Shown here piece by piece: positions 43,854 through 53,573 of a stretch of 64,000 nt of DNA. The notes beneath the pieces were generated by a model, which did not search any database, was not told the DNA's origin, and worked only from the letters and a program-made list of their open reading frames with translations. The DNA comes from Candidatus Sulfomarinibacteraceae bacterium (GTDB lineage: Bacteria; Acidobacteriota; Thermoanaerobaculia; Thermoanaerobaculales; Sulfomarinibacteraceae). How positions within the stretch are numbered: position 1 is the first letter of the stretch; every line of letters starts with the position of its first letter. A program made the position numbers and the translations under genes. The stretch spans positions 1 through 64,000 of the forward strand of contig CAWCLO010000006.1 in the NCBI GenBank assembly GCA_963796455.1. Reading direction: 5' to 3'.

Positions 43854-45161
43854 ATGCCGAACGCAACCACAATCACCAAAGAAGATAAATTCTGGAGGCT
43901 GTCGCGAACCACCACGATCGTTGTCATCGCGATGGCTCTTATCGTGTCGCTGGTCATCCTCAAACCGGCCGCCCCCGACAAGATCACGCTGCTCACCGGG
44001 CCTGAGGGAAGCGGTTACCAGGAGTTGGGGACACGACTCGCCGCATCTCTCACCGACCTGGGCCTCGATGTCGAGGTCATCGTCACCGACGGTGGTTTCG
44101 AAAACGTGAAACGTCTGGCCGCCGGCGCCGAGGACACGGTGGCCTTCGCCCCCTCGAATATCGAGGAGCTATTCGAAGACCCGGTTGACACGAGTCACCT
44201 CGTGAGCCTGGGCAGCATCGCCTACGAGCCGTTGTGGCTCTTCTACCGGTCGGAAATCGCCGTGCAGAGGATCCCCGATCTCGCCGGACTCAGAGTGGCT
44301 ACGGGGGCACCAGGCACAGTGGTCGAATTTTTTGCGAGGTCTCTTTTCAAGCTCAACGGCATCAGTGATCAGGTCGTGATTCTTCCGTCGGAGGGACAGA
44401 CTCCCGACACCATCGCAATGGCCCTGATCGAAGGCGAGATTGACGCCGCGTTCGCCGTCGGCTTGCCCGCCACACCGGCTATCCGAGAACTACTCCATCG
44501 TGAGGACATCAGCGTCCTTTCCTTCGAACGCGCCGACGCCTACCGGGCACTCGATCCCGGGACCACCAAGCTCGTGGCCCCACAGGGGCTCTTCGACCTC
44601 GCCAACAACAATCCACCCGAGGATCTGGTTCTTCTTTCGGCCACCACCAACCTTGTCAGCCTCGACAGCTTTTATCCCGGCGCTGTCCCTCTGTTGCTTC
44701 GGGCAGCAACGCATGCTCACGCCGAGAAGCGATTTAAGATCGATGGCGAGAAATTTCCGAACGCCAACAACGTTTCCCTCCCATTGAAGGCGGCCGCGAG
44801 CCGGTACTACGAACAGGGCGAAAAAGGGCTCGCAAGAATCCTCCCCTACAAGGTGATGCGCTGGCTCAACCATCTCAGCTTCGTTGTACTCCCACTACTG
44901 GCTCTAGGGGTGCTGTTGATCAAGATTGTTCCCGTGGCGGCAAAAACCTGGATTTCAATCAAGCTCATGGGCTTCTTCAAGCGCTTGGAAAAGGTGGAGA
45001 AGGCGTCCGCCGCCGGCGGAGATCGGTCGTCGCTCCTCGCCGAACTGGACGCCGTTGATCGCGAAAGTGCGACGATCTTCGTCCCGCGCACGAGCCTCCC
45101 GGACTACATCGATTTTCGCCAATTCCTTCACGACATGCGGGAGCGGGTGTCGGGCAGTTGA
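43854..45161 (+). CDS. TAXI-family solute-binding protein with TM anchors
   Basis: TGPEGSGY, SLGSIAYEPLWLFYR, GEIDAAF, N- and C-terminal TM helices. Confidence 0.75.
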   Translation: MPNATTITKEDKFWRLSRTTTIVVIAMALIVSLVILKPAAPDKITLLTGPEGSGYQELGTRLAASLTDLGLDVEVIVTDGGFENVKRLAAGAEDTVAFAPSNIEELFEDPVDTSHLVSLGSIAYEPLWLFYRSEIAVQRIPDLAGLRVATGAPGTVVEFFARSLFKLNGISDQVVILPSEGQTPDTIAMALIEGEIDAAFAVGLPATPAIRELLHREDISVLSFERADAYRALDPGTTKLVAPQGLFDLANNNPPEDLVLLSATTNLVSLDSFYPGAVPLLLRAATHAHAEKRFKIDGEKFPNANNVSLPLKAAASRYYEQGEKGLARILPYKVMRWLNHLSFVVLPLLALGVLLIKIVPVAAKTWISIKLMGFFKRLEKVEKASAAGGDRSSLLAELDAVDRESATIFVPRTSLPDYIDFRQFLHDMRERVSGS

Positions 45162-45314
45162 TGTAAGGGCGCCGCGCGGCGCTTTGATCGATCACTTTCC
45201 CATCAGAGCCAGATTGAAGTGTATCTTCTCCCAATGCCGCAGCAACACCCGGCCATCCGGGCAGCTCTATCCCGTTGCAGACAATCTCAAGCCTCAGTCC
45301 TCAGGCCCCAAGCC

Positions 45315-46253
45315 CTAAAACCGCACCCTCACGAAGAGGCTGAAATCGTGAATGCTCATGCTGACGGCGCCCTTGTACAGCTCGTCGCCATCCCCGTTCT
45401 TGAGCCCCTTCCAATCCACATTGATGTCCGAGAGATTGAACGCGCCGCCAAAACCCCATCGTTTACCCAGCAGATACTCGACGCCGGCGCGCCCGATCCA
45501 TTGGCCGCCCTGGATGTCGCCGACCTTGAGGTAGAAAAAACCGAGACCGGTGATCATTCGCCACTTCTTGGATAGGAGCCGGCGGTACTCGAAATAGACA
45601 TACGGCAGAGGGCCCGTGCCCGCGGCTTCGGTTTTGCCTTGGTGTTCGATTCCACCGGCCGCCTCCCACTCCAGACTCGCAGCGATGTCCATCACCCGGA
45701 AGCCGAGGCCGAAACCGGCCGCCCAGCGTTCCTTGACCCACGGGTAGTACGTGTAGTCGACAAAGGTCTGGGTGATGTCGAAGCCCAGGTTGATATCGGC
45801 CTCGATGGGGATGATCTCGTCGCCCCACTGGATTTCGGTCAGCGCCTGCGACGAAGAGGCACGGTCGATATCCTGCCACCTGACACCCAGTTTGTGTTTG
45901 CGGGCGATTTGCCATTCAAATGCCAGAGTCGGGATGCTCTTTCCGCCGGCAAGATCGAGATCATCCTCGAAATTGAGCGTCGTCCCCTGGCCGAGGGTCT
46001 CCGAGTCGAGCCGGACTTCCGTGCCCAACTGAACCCAGCTGGCCTCGAACTTGAAGTTGAACTTGTCGAAAAGCGGCTCGTAGGCCCGTTGCGCCTCGAC
46101 CGGCCCGGCCACGCTCAACGACACAATGGTCAGAGTTGTCACGAACAAAACGCGGCTCATTCGATGTGGTCTATTTGTCACCTGAGTTCCCCCATCAGGC
46201 CTGTCATGGCGGACAAATCCTAACATCCACGCCAGGAACAGCGGAGAAAACAC
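45315..46253 (-). CDS. outer-membrane beta-barrel protein (true start probably ~46160-46180)
   Basis: Signal peptide, amphipathic strands, C-terminal FVRVRF. Confidence 0.7.
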   Translation of the reverse strand: MFSPLFLAWMLGFVRHDRPDGGTQVTNRPHRMSRVLFVTTLTIVSLSVAGPVEAQRAYEPLFDKFNFKFEASWVQLGTEVRLDSETLGQGTTLNFEDDLDLAGGKSIPTLAFEWQIARKHKLGVRWQDIDRASSSQALTEIQWGDEIIPIEADINLGFDITQTFVDYTYYPWVKERWAAGFGLGFRVMDIAASLEWEAAGGIEHQGKTEAAGTGPLPYVYFEYRRLLSKKWRMITGLGFFYLKVGDIQGGQWIGRAGVEYLLGKRWGFGGAFNLSDINVDWKGLKNGDGDELYKGAVSMSIHDFSLFVRVRF

Positions 46254-46263
46254 GAATCCTCAT

Positions 46264-46370
46264 TCCGAACTCCGAACTCCGAACTCCGAACTCCGAATTC
46301 CGAACTCCAAATTCCGAACTCCGAACTCCGAACTCCGAATTCCGAACTCCGAACTCCGAACTCCGAACTC
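46264..46370. repeat. heptamer tandem repeat (TCCGAAC)n, about 15 copies
   Basis: Directly visible, with TCCGAAT and TCCAAAT variants. Confidence 0.95.
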
Positions 46371-46372
46371 AC

Positions 46373-49300
46373 CTAGTTTCTCGCAAGGTATTCGCCAACT
46401 TCAACCTCGTCCACCTGCTCCGGCTGCAGATGCTGTTCGCCGTATTTCCGATAGACCCCCTCGCTGAGGAAGAGATCGAAGAGATCGGGGCAGATGTGGC
46501 CGTCATCGCGCATGGCGCTCATGATCTTGATCGCCTGGCTGATCTTTTTTGGCGGTTTATAGGGACGGTCGGAGGCGGTCAGCGCCTCGAAGATGTCGGC
46601 CAAGGCCATAATTCTCGCCTGCACCGACAGTTGGTCGGCCGAAAGGCGTCTTGGATAGCCCTCGCCATCGAGTTTTTCGTGGTGGTTGCCAGCCCACTCC
46701 GGTACCCGGCGGAGCTCCTTCGGGAAGGGCAAGTTACCGAGCATATTGATCGACTCGATGATGTGCTCGTTGATCTTGAAGCGTTCCTCGGTGGTCAGGG
46801 TGCCACGTGGCGTGCACAGATTGTAGATCTCGCCGTGATTGTAAAGGTGTTCAGGGACATCCATCCGGAAGCCGTAAGGGTTTTCTCCAAAGGGTGGTCC
46901 ATCCCGAAAGATGATGTGTTCCGGTTTGTCCGCAAGCAAGGATTCTTCGACAGGGAGCTCGGCTGCCGCTCCGCGCTCGGCGCGATCAAGTTCATCGTGG
47001 GACAGGCCGATTCGATCATCGAGGTGGCGAAGCCAGGTCTGGGCGCCGATCTCTTGCACTCGCCGACAACGATCTTCTGACATGAAGGTCTCGCCCGAGT
47101 TGCACTCGGCGATGAATCGGAAGTTTCGCCGGATCTGGTCGAAACGCCGCTCCATGCGGTCTTTCGCCTCGTCGTTGTCAGGCCGTCCGGCAGCCAGGGT
47201 TTTCAGATAGTCGATCTCCGCATCCCGCCACAACACCTCGAACCGGGTCCGGACCTCGTGCAGCCGGTTGTGAATCGTCTCCAGACGGGTCGCCTTGTCG
47301 ACAACGAACTCGGGAGTCGTCAGTTTCCCGCAATCGTGCAGCCAGCTCGCCACATCCAGTTCGTACCACTCGTCCTCCGACAGGGTGAAGTCCGAGTACG
47401 GTCCTTCCTCGCTGTCATTGGCCGCCAGTGCCAGGAGCCTGGCGATTTCCGGCACCCGCTGGCAGTGGCCGTGGGTGTAGGGAGATTTGGCATCGATTGC
47501 TCCCGCCACCATGTGGATGATGGCGTCCAACAGGTCTTTTTGTGCCTGCAGCATCCGCCGCAAATCGAGAGCGACCGCCGCGTCGGCCGACAGGGCTTCG
47601 ACAAAGGGCACCACTTCCGGGTCGAAGTCGACCACTTCACCCGCAGCTGACCGGGCGTTAACCAGCTGCAGCACACCGACGATCTCGTCTTTCTGATCGG
47701 TCAGGGGGATGTTGAGCAACGAAGAGTTGGCCCCGTTTCCCACCCAGCCATATCGTTCGCAGATCGGAGCGGCTTCGAAACTCCGGTCAGACATCACATC
47801 CCGAACCCAGATCGTCGTTCCGAGGCGGGCCGCTTCGGCGTCGACACTGCCGGCATCGTCAAATCGTATGAGCTCGAATGAAGGCTCGGCGCCGCCGGTG
47901 CCACCGAAATAGGCGCCGGTGTGCTCATCCTCGGCCACCGCGACCTCGAGACCCGTATTATCCAGATTGGTCATCAGAATGGCGCCGCCATCAGCGTGGG
48001 CCACATTCCGGGCCTCGCGCAGGATCATCTCGAGCAACTTGCGATAGTCCTTCTCCGCCGACAAGGCATGAGAAATGGCGAAAAATCGCTGCAGCGAGCT
48101 TTTCATCACAGCCATGGTTCTCGCGAGCTGGTCGACCTCGGTGATCCGTGACCGCACCGAAAGCGGCCGCCCGAGCTTGAATCGTCTGATCTGCTCGGCT
48201 TCCCGGGCCAGTCCGCGGAGTGATGACGAAAGACCACGCGAGACCCAGAGGACAATTCCGGAAGCCACCGCCAGAAGGGCAAGGGCGATGAGAACACTCT
48301 GGTTTCGAACTCGATCCACATCCGCCAGGAGCTCGCTCCGCGGAATCATGGTTGCCAGAAAGACGTCTTCGCCACGTCTGGTGGGGACCGCCGATACCGA
48401 GGCAAGCCATCGTTCACCCTCAACCTCGATCGCGAAGCGCCCGGCCCATTCATTCTCTTTCAATTGAGCAGCCAGGGCCGAGTAGACAGGGTCATCAAGC
48501 GCCGCCAGGCGCGGCATGGTCACCTCGCCGGACGCGTCGGTCGCGTGGACCGGCACCCGCAGCTCTGGAGTCGAGAGAGCGACAACCCGTGCGGAAGAAT
48601 CAAAGACCGCGATTTTGGTTGAGGATGTGACCCGTTGCCGAGCGAGCCCCGCCGACAGATCGGCGAGGGCGAGGTCGGCGCCGACGACACCGCCGCCACC
48701 GGCCATTCTCCGCGCAAAGGTCAGACCAACCTCTCCAGTTGTGAAAAAAACGTAGAAGTCCGAAGTGATTTGATCGTCGCTGCCCATCGCTTCGCGGTAC
48801 CAATCTCGGAGGCGCGGATCGAAGTCGTCGGTTTCGAGGGGACGGGTATCGATCACGACCAGATCGTCGTCCAGAAAATGCAGCGATGCACCGACATTTC
48901 CGGTGCTGTCGCGGTCGATGCTTTGAACCGCAAAACGGCTGCCAGGTGGTGCGTCCAGAGACTGCACTGCGACCCGGCGGTTGCCGACAGATCTGACGAG
49001 AAAGAAATCGCCATCCTCGGCGCCGACAAAAATCGACGACATCTGGGGATTGAGTCGCAGGGACTCGGTGAGAGCCCCCAACGATCGGAGGCGTTCTTCC
49101 AGGGAATCTGCGGCGAGCGGTGCCGATCTCGACGCGATGTCAACCACGCCCTGTGCCGGTTGGTAGAGCCCGGCAATCGAAACCTCCATGTGATGTCCGA
49201 TCCGCTCCATCAAATCGTTGGCGCCGAGTATCTCGATCCTCCGGCTTTCCGAGTGAAAGAAATAGATGAGCGCCAAACCGAAGACCACGAAGAGGGTCAC

Positions 49301-49390
49301 GAAAACCGCGGCCAGGGTCAGATAGAGGGGGAAGCGGGTGAGGGCGCGCTCTCCCCCCGAAGCTTCGGATTCAGTTCTTTGCTGTGACAT
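46373..49390 (-). CDS. Cache-HAMP-GAF-HD-GYP phosphodiesterase
   Basis: AIDAKSPYTHGHCQRV, LHDCGK, HHEKLDGEGYP, ADIFEALTASDRPYK; two TM helices. Confidence 0.9.
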   Translation of the reverse strand: MSQQRTESEASGGERALTRFPLYLTLAAVFVTLFVVFGLALIYFFHSESRRIEILGANDLMERIGHHMEVSIAGLYQPAQGVVDIASRSAPLAADSLEERLRSLGALTESLRLNPQMSSIFVGAEDGDFFLVRSVGNRRVAVQSLDAPPGSRFAVQSIDRDSTGNVGASLHFLDDDLVVIDTRPLETDDFDPRLRDWYREAMGSDDQITSDFYVFFTTGEVGLTFARRMAGGGGVVGADLALADLSAGLARQRVTSSTKIAVFDSSARVVALSTPELRVPVHATDASGEVTMPRLAALDDPVYSALAAQLKENEWAGRFAIEVEGERWLASVSAVPTRRGEDVFLATMIPRSELLADVDRVRNQSVLIALALLAVASGIVLWVSRGLSSSLRGLAREAEQIRRFKLGRPLSVRSRITEVDQLARTMAVMKSSLQRFFAISHALSAEKDYRKLLEMILREARNVAHADGGAILMTNLDNTGLEVAVAEDEHTGAYFGGTGGAEPSFELIRFDDAGSVDAEAARLGTTIWVRDVMSDRSFEAAPICERYGWVGNGANSSLLNIPLTDQKDEIVGVLQLVNARSAAGEVVDFDPEVVPFVEALSADAAVALDLRRMLQAQKDLLDAIIHMVAGAIDAKSPYTHGHCQRVPEIARLLALAANDSEEGPYSDFTLSEDEWYELDVASWLHDCGKLTTPEFVVDKATRLETIHNRLHEVRTRFEVLWRDAEIDYLKTLAAGRPDNDEAKDRMERRFDQIRRNFRFIAECNSGETFMSEDRCRRVQEIGAQTWLRHLDDRIGLSHDELDRAERGAAAELPVEESLLADKPEHIIFRDGPPFGENPYGFRMDVPEHLYNHGEIYNLCTPRGTLTTEERFKINEHIIESINMLGNLPFPKELRRVPEWAGNHHEKLDGEGYPRRLSADQLSVQARIMALADIFEALTASDRPYKPPKKISQAIKIMSAMRDDGHICPDLFDLFLSEGVYRKYGEQHLQPEQVDEVEVGEYLARN

Positions 49391-49426
49391 AGCTGTTGAT
49401 TGTACCCGGACGCCCCGCCGCCGGAG

Positions 49427-49507
49427 AAACCGCAGATCACGCAGATGCACGCAGATCACACAGTTGAGTTTCGTTCTATCTGCGTCTATCCGCGTGATCT
49501 GCGGTTT
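49427..49507. repeat. inverted CGCAGAT-type repeat pair; a second pair lies at ~49973-50210
   Basis: AACCGCAGATCACGCAGATGCACGCAGAT ... ATCTGCGTCTATCCGCGTGATCTGCGGTT. Confidence 0.75.
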
Positions 49508-49540
49508 GAGATGGGTGGCGAGCGGGTGGTTTGCCGACCT

Positions 49541-49915
49541 TTAGCTGAGACCGCGAAGAGCTCCGGTACCCGCATCCCTGAATGCTCTGCCGACGCCGCC
49601 CGGCCCGAGCTTGACGCCACCAAAGATCCTCGACACCACCAGAAGCCCCTCGAGATCGTGATGGCGAAGCAGTTCGAGGAGCTTCATTCCCGGCCGCCCG
49701 ACCTCGCCGTCGTCCCGCGCCTGTTCGACGATCTTCCCGTTGTCGTCCCGCACCCGGCAAGCCCAGCAATGATGGCGAGCCTTGTGGTAGAGCTTTTTCC
49801 GTTTGTTGATCTCATTTTTGACCTCGACAAGCGAGGCAACCGGCACCGCCGCAGCATAGAAGCGGGAGCGTTGTTCAGTGAGGTCGAATTCCGAGAGCGT
49901 CACGATCAGCGGCAT
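49541..49915 (-). CDS. YigZ/IMPACT family protein (N-terminal domain only)
   Basis: RSRFYA, ARHHCWA, DDGE...PG, VSRIFGGVKLGPGG. Confidence 0.85.
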   Translation of the reverse strand: MPLIVTLSEFDLTEQRSRFYAAAVPVASLVEVKNEINKRKKLYHKARHHCWACRVRDDNGKIVEQARDDGEVGRPGMKLLELLRHHDLEGLLVVSRIFGGVKLGPGGVGRAFRDAGTGALRGLS

Positions 49916-50268
49916 ATCGAGCAGGATACTCGATACATCACCTATGAACTCGTCTCATCACATTACGGAGTAGCAGCAGATCACGCAGATAGAAAACGAG
50001 ATCGCCGAACGCGAGGGCGCGTACGATTTCAGTTGTGCGCTGCAACGGCGCTCTCCACGTATTGTTCCGATGACCGGGTCAGAAAGCCTGTTTGCCCTCT
50101 GTGCATCTTCGCGTTTTCAACGATATGCCACTACGGAAGAAGCCAATTCATGGGGAGGTCTTTGCAAGTACGGGCCCGAAAATCTGCGCCCATCTGCGTG
50201 ATCTGCGGTTGTGAGACGGAAACGGTAAAGGGTGCTTTGCCGCACCGGTTCGCGGTAGTATCGCTTGC

Positions 50269-52323
50269 ATGGAGTGGCCAAGCGGAAGGCGGGAGACACG
50301 ATCTCTCGGTGTGATTATGGCGGCGTTGGCCGCTGCATCGATTCTTCCCTCGGTTCTCGTGGCAGCCGAAATCGAAGGCCATCAATTTTCCGAGTACCTC
50401 GAAATCAATCAACGCCTCGCGAGCGGGTGGAATACCTGGAACACACGATCGGTTCTTTCGCACTCGCTCTTGCCGGAGGGATTCGGCTTCGATCTCGCCT
50501 TCAAACAGGTCAGGTGGCTCGACGAGCCCTATCTCCGCTCGGCGCTGATCGGGCGCTCCGACAACGGTCTGCAGATCCGACCCGGAGCCCACACCCTCGA
50601 CGGCAGCTATACCCGGCTCGATCTGCAGTGGAAATCACTTTTCGCCCGTGTCGAGTCGGCCAAGGTCGGCGAAGATCTGGTGGTATTGGTCTCACCCCTG
50701 ACGCGTCCGGAACTTCCGATCAAGATGATCGTCTCGACCGCGATGTTCTGGAACCGGCCCGGTTCGCTGTCCAAGGTCGGCGCACGCCGACTCAGGGCCG
50801 AATTTCCAAACAGGCTTGTCGATGTGTACTCGACCGCCGACCACCAGGAGGATTTCTACGTCCGGGTGGAAACGCCTTATCTGGTATTGGTTCTGGATGG
50901 TCCAGTGGGTCTCTCGACCGGCACCGAGCGCAGCGTCGGAGAGATCGAAAAGATCATTTCCGATCAACGAGATACGCTCGACCGACGGGCCGAGGCCTTT
51001 GGCGATCTCGCCGAGGCTCTGATCGCCGTCGAGTCCGGTCTCGCCTGGAATCTGGTTTATGAACCGCGACTCGATCGAGTGGTCAACACCGTGGGCCGGT
51101 TGTGGAACGAGGAATACGGTGGCTACTGCCTCTTTGGCTGGGATAACTTTTTTCTCGCCTACATGACCTCCCTGTTCAGCCGCGACCTGGCATTTGCGAA
51201 TGTCATCGAGCATCTGCGCGGCGCCACCGACGAAGGCCAGGTTCCGAATGACAACCGTGGCAACGGCAGCAAGTCCTGGGATCGCTCGCAACCGCCGGTC
51301 GGGTCCGTCATGGTGCGCGAGATCTACAAGAAATACCCCGAACGCTGGTTTCTCGAGGCGACCTTCGACGATCTCCTCGAGTGGAACCGGTGGTGGGTCA
51401 AACGCAGATACAACGAGGGTCTTCTCAGCTACGGATCTCACCCGGCAAAAAACCCCTTCTTCGAACCCGACACCGGAAGCAGACGGACAGCCGGATATGA
51501 ATCGGGAATGGACGACTCGCCGATGTACGAGGGGGTGCCGTTCAGCAAAAAGAAAAACACCCTCGAACTGCAGGATGTTGGGCTGACAAGCCTTGTCATA
51601 GCAGACTCGCTGGCCCTCGCCGAAATGGCCGATCTGCTCGGGCGGGAACTGGATGCCGGCGAACTGCGCGACCGTGCAGCATCCCTCGCGTCACACATGG
51701 AGCCTCTCTGGGATGAACAGGTCGGGCTCTACCTCAACCATCGGACGGACACCGACACCGCCTCTCGCAGGCTTTCACCCACCCTCTTCTACCCGCTGCT
51801 GGCCGGCATTCCCGACGAACGCAGAGCCGATAAGATGGTCACCGACCACCTCCTGAACCCTGACGAATTCTGGGGCAGATGGGTGATCCCCTCCATCGCA
51901 CGCAACGATCCCTCCTTTCAAAAACAACGTTATTGGAAGGGCGCGATCTGGCCGCCGCTCAATTTCTTGACCTATCTCAGCCTGAGGCAAGCAGGCTTTC
52001 CTGATGTGGCCACCGAACTGGCGCAGAAATCGCGGCAGCTCCTGCTCTCCGAATGGCAACGCAAGGGATATGTGAGCGAAAACTACTCCTCGATCACCGG
52101 GACTGGCGACGACGAGAGGCTCTCATCGGATCGTTTCCATTCCTGGGGAGCGCTCCTCGGCATCATGAGTTTTGTCGAGACCGGCGAGATGCCCGCACCC
52201 GAATCATCCCTGACCGATTCCGAATACCACTACAGCTTCCGTTTGCGGCCGATCGGCCCATCGACGGTCATCGATGAAATCGCCCGAAAGGTGCCTGAAC
52301 AGCCTCACCTACCCGTTGAATGA
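50269..52323 (+). CDS. GH63/MGH1-like (alpha/alpha)6 glycoside hydrolase, probably secreted
   Basis: LFGWDNFF, RSQPPV, ESGMDDSPMY, YWKGAIWPPLN, ENYSSITG. Confidence 0.8.
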   Translation: MEWPSGRRETRSLGVIMAALAAASILPSVLVAAEIEGHQFSEYLEINQRLASGWNTWNTRSVLSHSLLPEGFGFDLAFKQVRWLDEPYLRSALIGRSDNGLQIRPGAHTLDGSYTRLDLQWKSLFARVESAKVGEDLVVLVSPLTRPELPIKMIVSTAMFWNRPGSLSKVGARRLRAEFPNRLVDVYSTADHQEDFYVRVETPYLVLVLDGPVGLSTGTERSVGEIEKIISDQRDTLDRRAEAFGDLAEALIAVESGLAWNLVYEPRLDRVVNTVGRLWNEEYGGYCLFGWDNFFLAYMTSLFSRDLAFANVIEHLRGATDEGQVPNDNRGNGSKSWDRSQPPVGSVMVREIYKKYPERWFLEATFDDLLEWNRWWVKRRYNEGLLSYGSHPAKNPFFEPDTGSRRTAGYESGMDDSPMYEGVPFSKKKNTLELQDVGLTSLVIADSLALAEMADLLGRELDAGELRDRAASLASHMEPLWDEQVGLYLNHRTDTDTASRRLSPTLFYPLLAGIPDERRADKMVTDHLLNPDEFWGRWVIPSIARNDPSFQKQRYWKGAIWPPLNFLTYLSLRQAGFPDVATELAQKSRQLLLSEWQRKGYVSENYSSITGTGDDERLSSDRFHSWGALLGIMSFVETGEMPAPESSLTDSEYHYSFRLRPIGPSTVIDEIARKVPEQPHLPVE

Positions 52324-52367
52324 GATAACCTCGAAGGAAGAAAAGGACCGCGATTCATGCCTTCGAG

Positions 52368-53573
52368 TTGCCCAGAAACCGTCACCCATCACGAGAGCCA
52401 CGGAGTCGCCAAGTGACCATCCGGCCGGCAAAGCTGTTCTCCGAGTATTTCGGCGATGCCACCGCGGCAGTGGTTGCAAGGGCACCGGGGCGCGTCAATC
52501 TGGTCGGCGACCACACCGAATACAACGAAGGGTTTGTTCTCCCCACCATCATCGACCGAAACGTCGAGGCGGTGGTCCGGCGGCGTCCGGACCGCAAGGT
52601 CCGTCTGGCGGCGGCGGACTTCGATGAAGTGATCGAGACCACTCCCGGCGAACCGATCGATTTCGACGGGCCCGGATGGGCGCCCTATGTCTTCGGTATT
52701 GTTCGCATGTTGGAGCAGCGCGGCAAACTGACCTCCGGCATCGACATCGTCATTCGCGGGACGGTGCCGAGAGGAGCCGGGCTGGGCTCTTCGGCCGCCC
52801 TCGAACTGGCGGTGGTCCTGGCTTTGGATGGTATTTTCAACCTTTGGCTCGAGCCCATCGAGATGGCGAAACTCTGCCACGAGGTCGAACACCGATTTGT
52901 CGGGATCAGGTCGAGCATCATGGATCAGCTTGTCTGCCGCCTCGGGAAACCGGGTTCGGCCCTGGCCATCGACTGCCGAACTCTCGACGCCCGCCACATT
53001 CCACTCCCGTTCGAAAACCACCGCCTCGTCATCGTCGACAGCGGTATCCGGTCGGAACCCGATGACTCCGATTTTGAAGAGCGGCACCGGGAGTGCCGGG
53101 AGGCGCTGAAGATCCTGCAGGCGATCGATCCATCGATCCACGCACTGCGCGACCTCTCGGCTCCGAAGCTCGCCGCCAATCACGAGCATCTTTCGCCACT
53201 GCTCTTTTCGCGATGCCGGCACGTCGTCGAGGAGAATCTGCGGGTCGCTGAGGCCTCCGAGATCCTGCCGACCGGCGATCTGTCCGGATTCGGCCGACTG
53301 ATGACGATCTCGCATCAAAGTCTGCACAACGATTTTGATGCCAGTCACCCAGTTCTCGACCGTCTTGTTGCTTGCGCAAACAAAGTTGACGGCGTGCTCG
53401 GTTCAAGGCTCACCGGGAGCGGATTCGGAGGCTGCACGGTCCATCTCGTGACCGCGAAAGCGGTTCAAGATCTGGAGGATCGCCTGCAGCCGATTCTCGA
53501 CGAGCTTCCGGATTCGAGTCTTTTCGTCGTCGGCGCACCATCCCAGGCCGGCGTTGTGGAGGTTGTTGCGTGA
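52368..53573 (+). CDS. galK: galactokinase-like GHMP kinase (start uncertain)
   Basis: APGRVNLVGDHTEYNEG, PRGAGLGSSAA, IMDQ, RLTGSGFGGC. Confidence 0.75.
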   Translation: MPRNRHPSREPRSRQVTIRPAKLFSEYFGDATAAVVARAPGRVNLVGDHTEYNEGFVLPTIIDRNVEAVVRRRPDRKVRLAAADFDEVIETTPGEPIDFDGPGWAPYVFGIVRMLEQRGKLTSGIDIVIRGTVPRGAGLGSSAALELAVVLALDGIFNLWLEPIEMAKLCHEVEHRFVGIRSSIMDQLVCRLGKPGSALAIDCRTLDARHIPLPFENHRLVIVDSGIRSEPDDSDFEERHRECREALKILQAIDPSIHALRDLSAPKLAANHEHLSPLLFSRCRHVVEENLRVAEASEILPTGDLSGFGRLMTISHQSLHNDFDASHPVLDRLVACANKVDGVLGSRLTGSGFGGCTVHLVTAKAVQDLEDRLQPILDELPDSSLFVVGAPSQAGVVEVVA

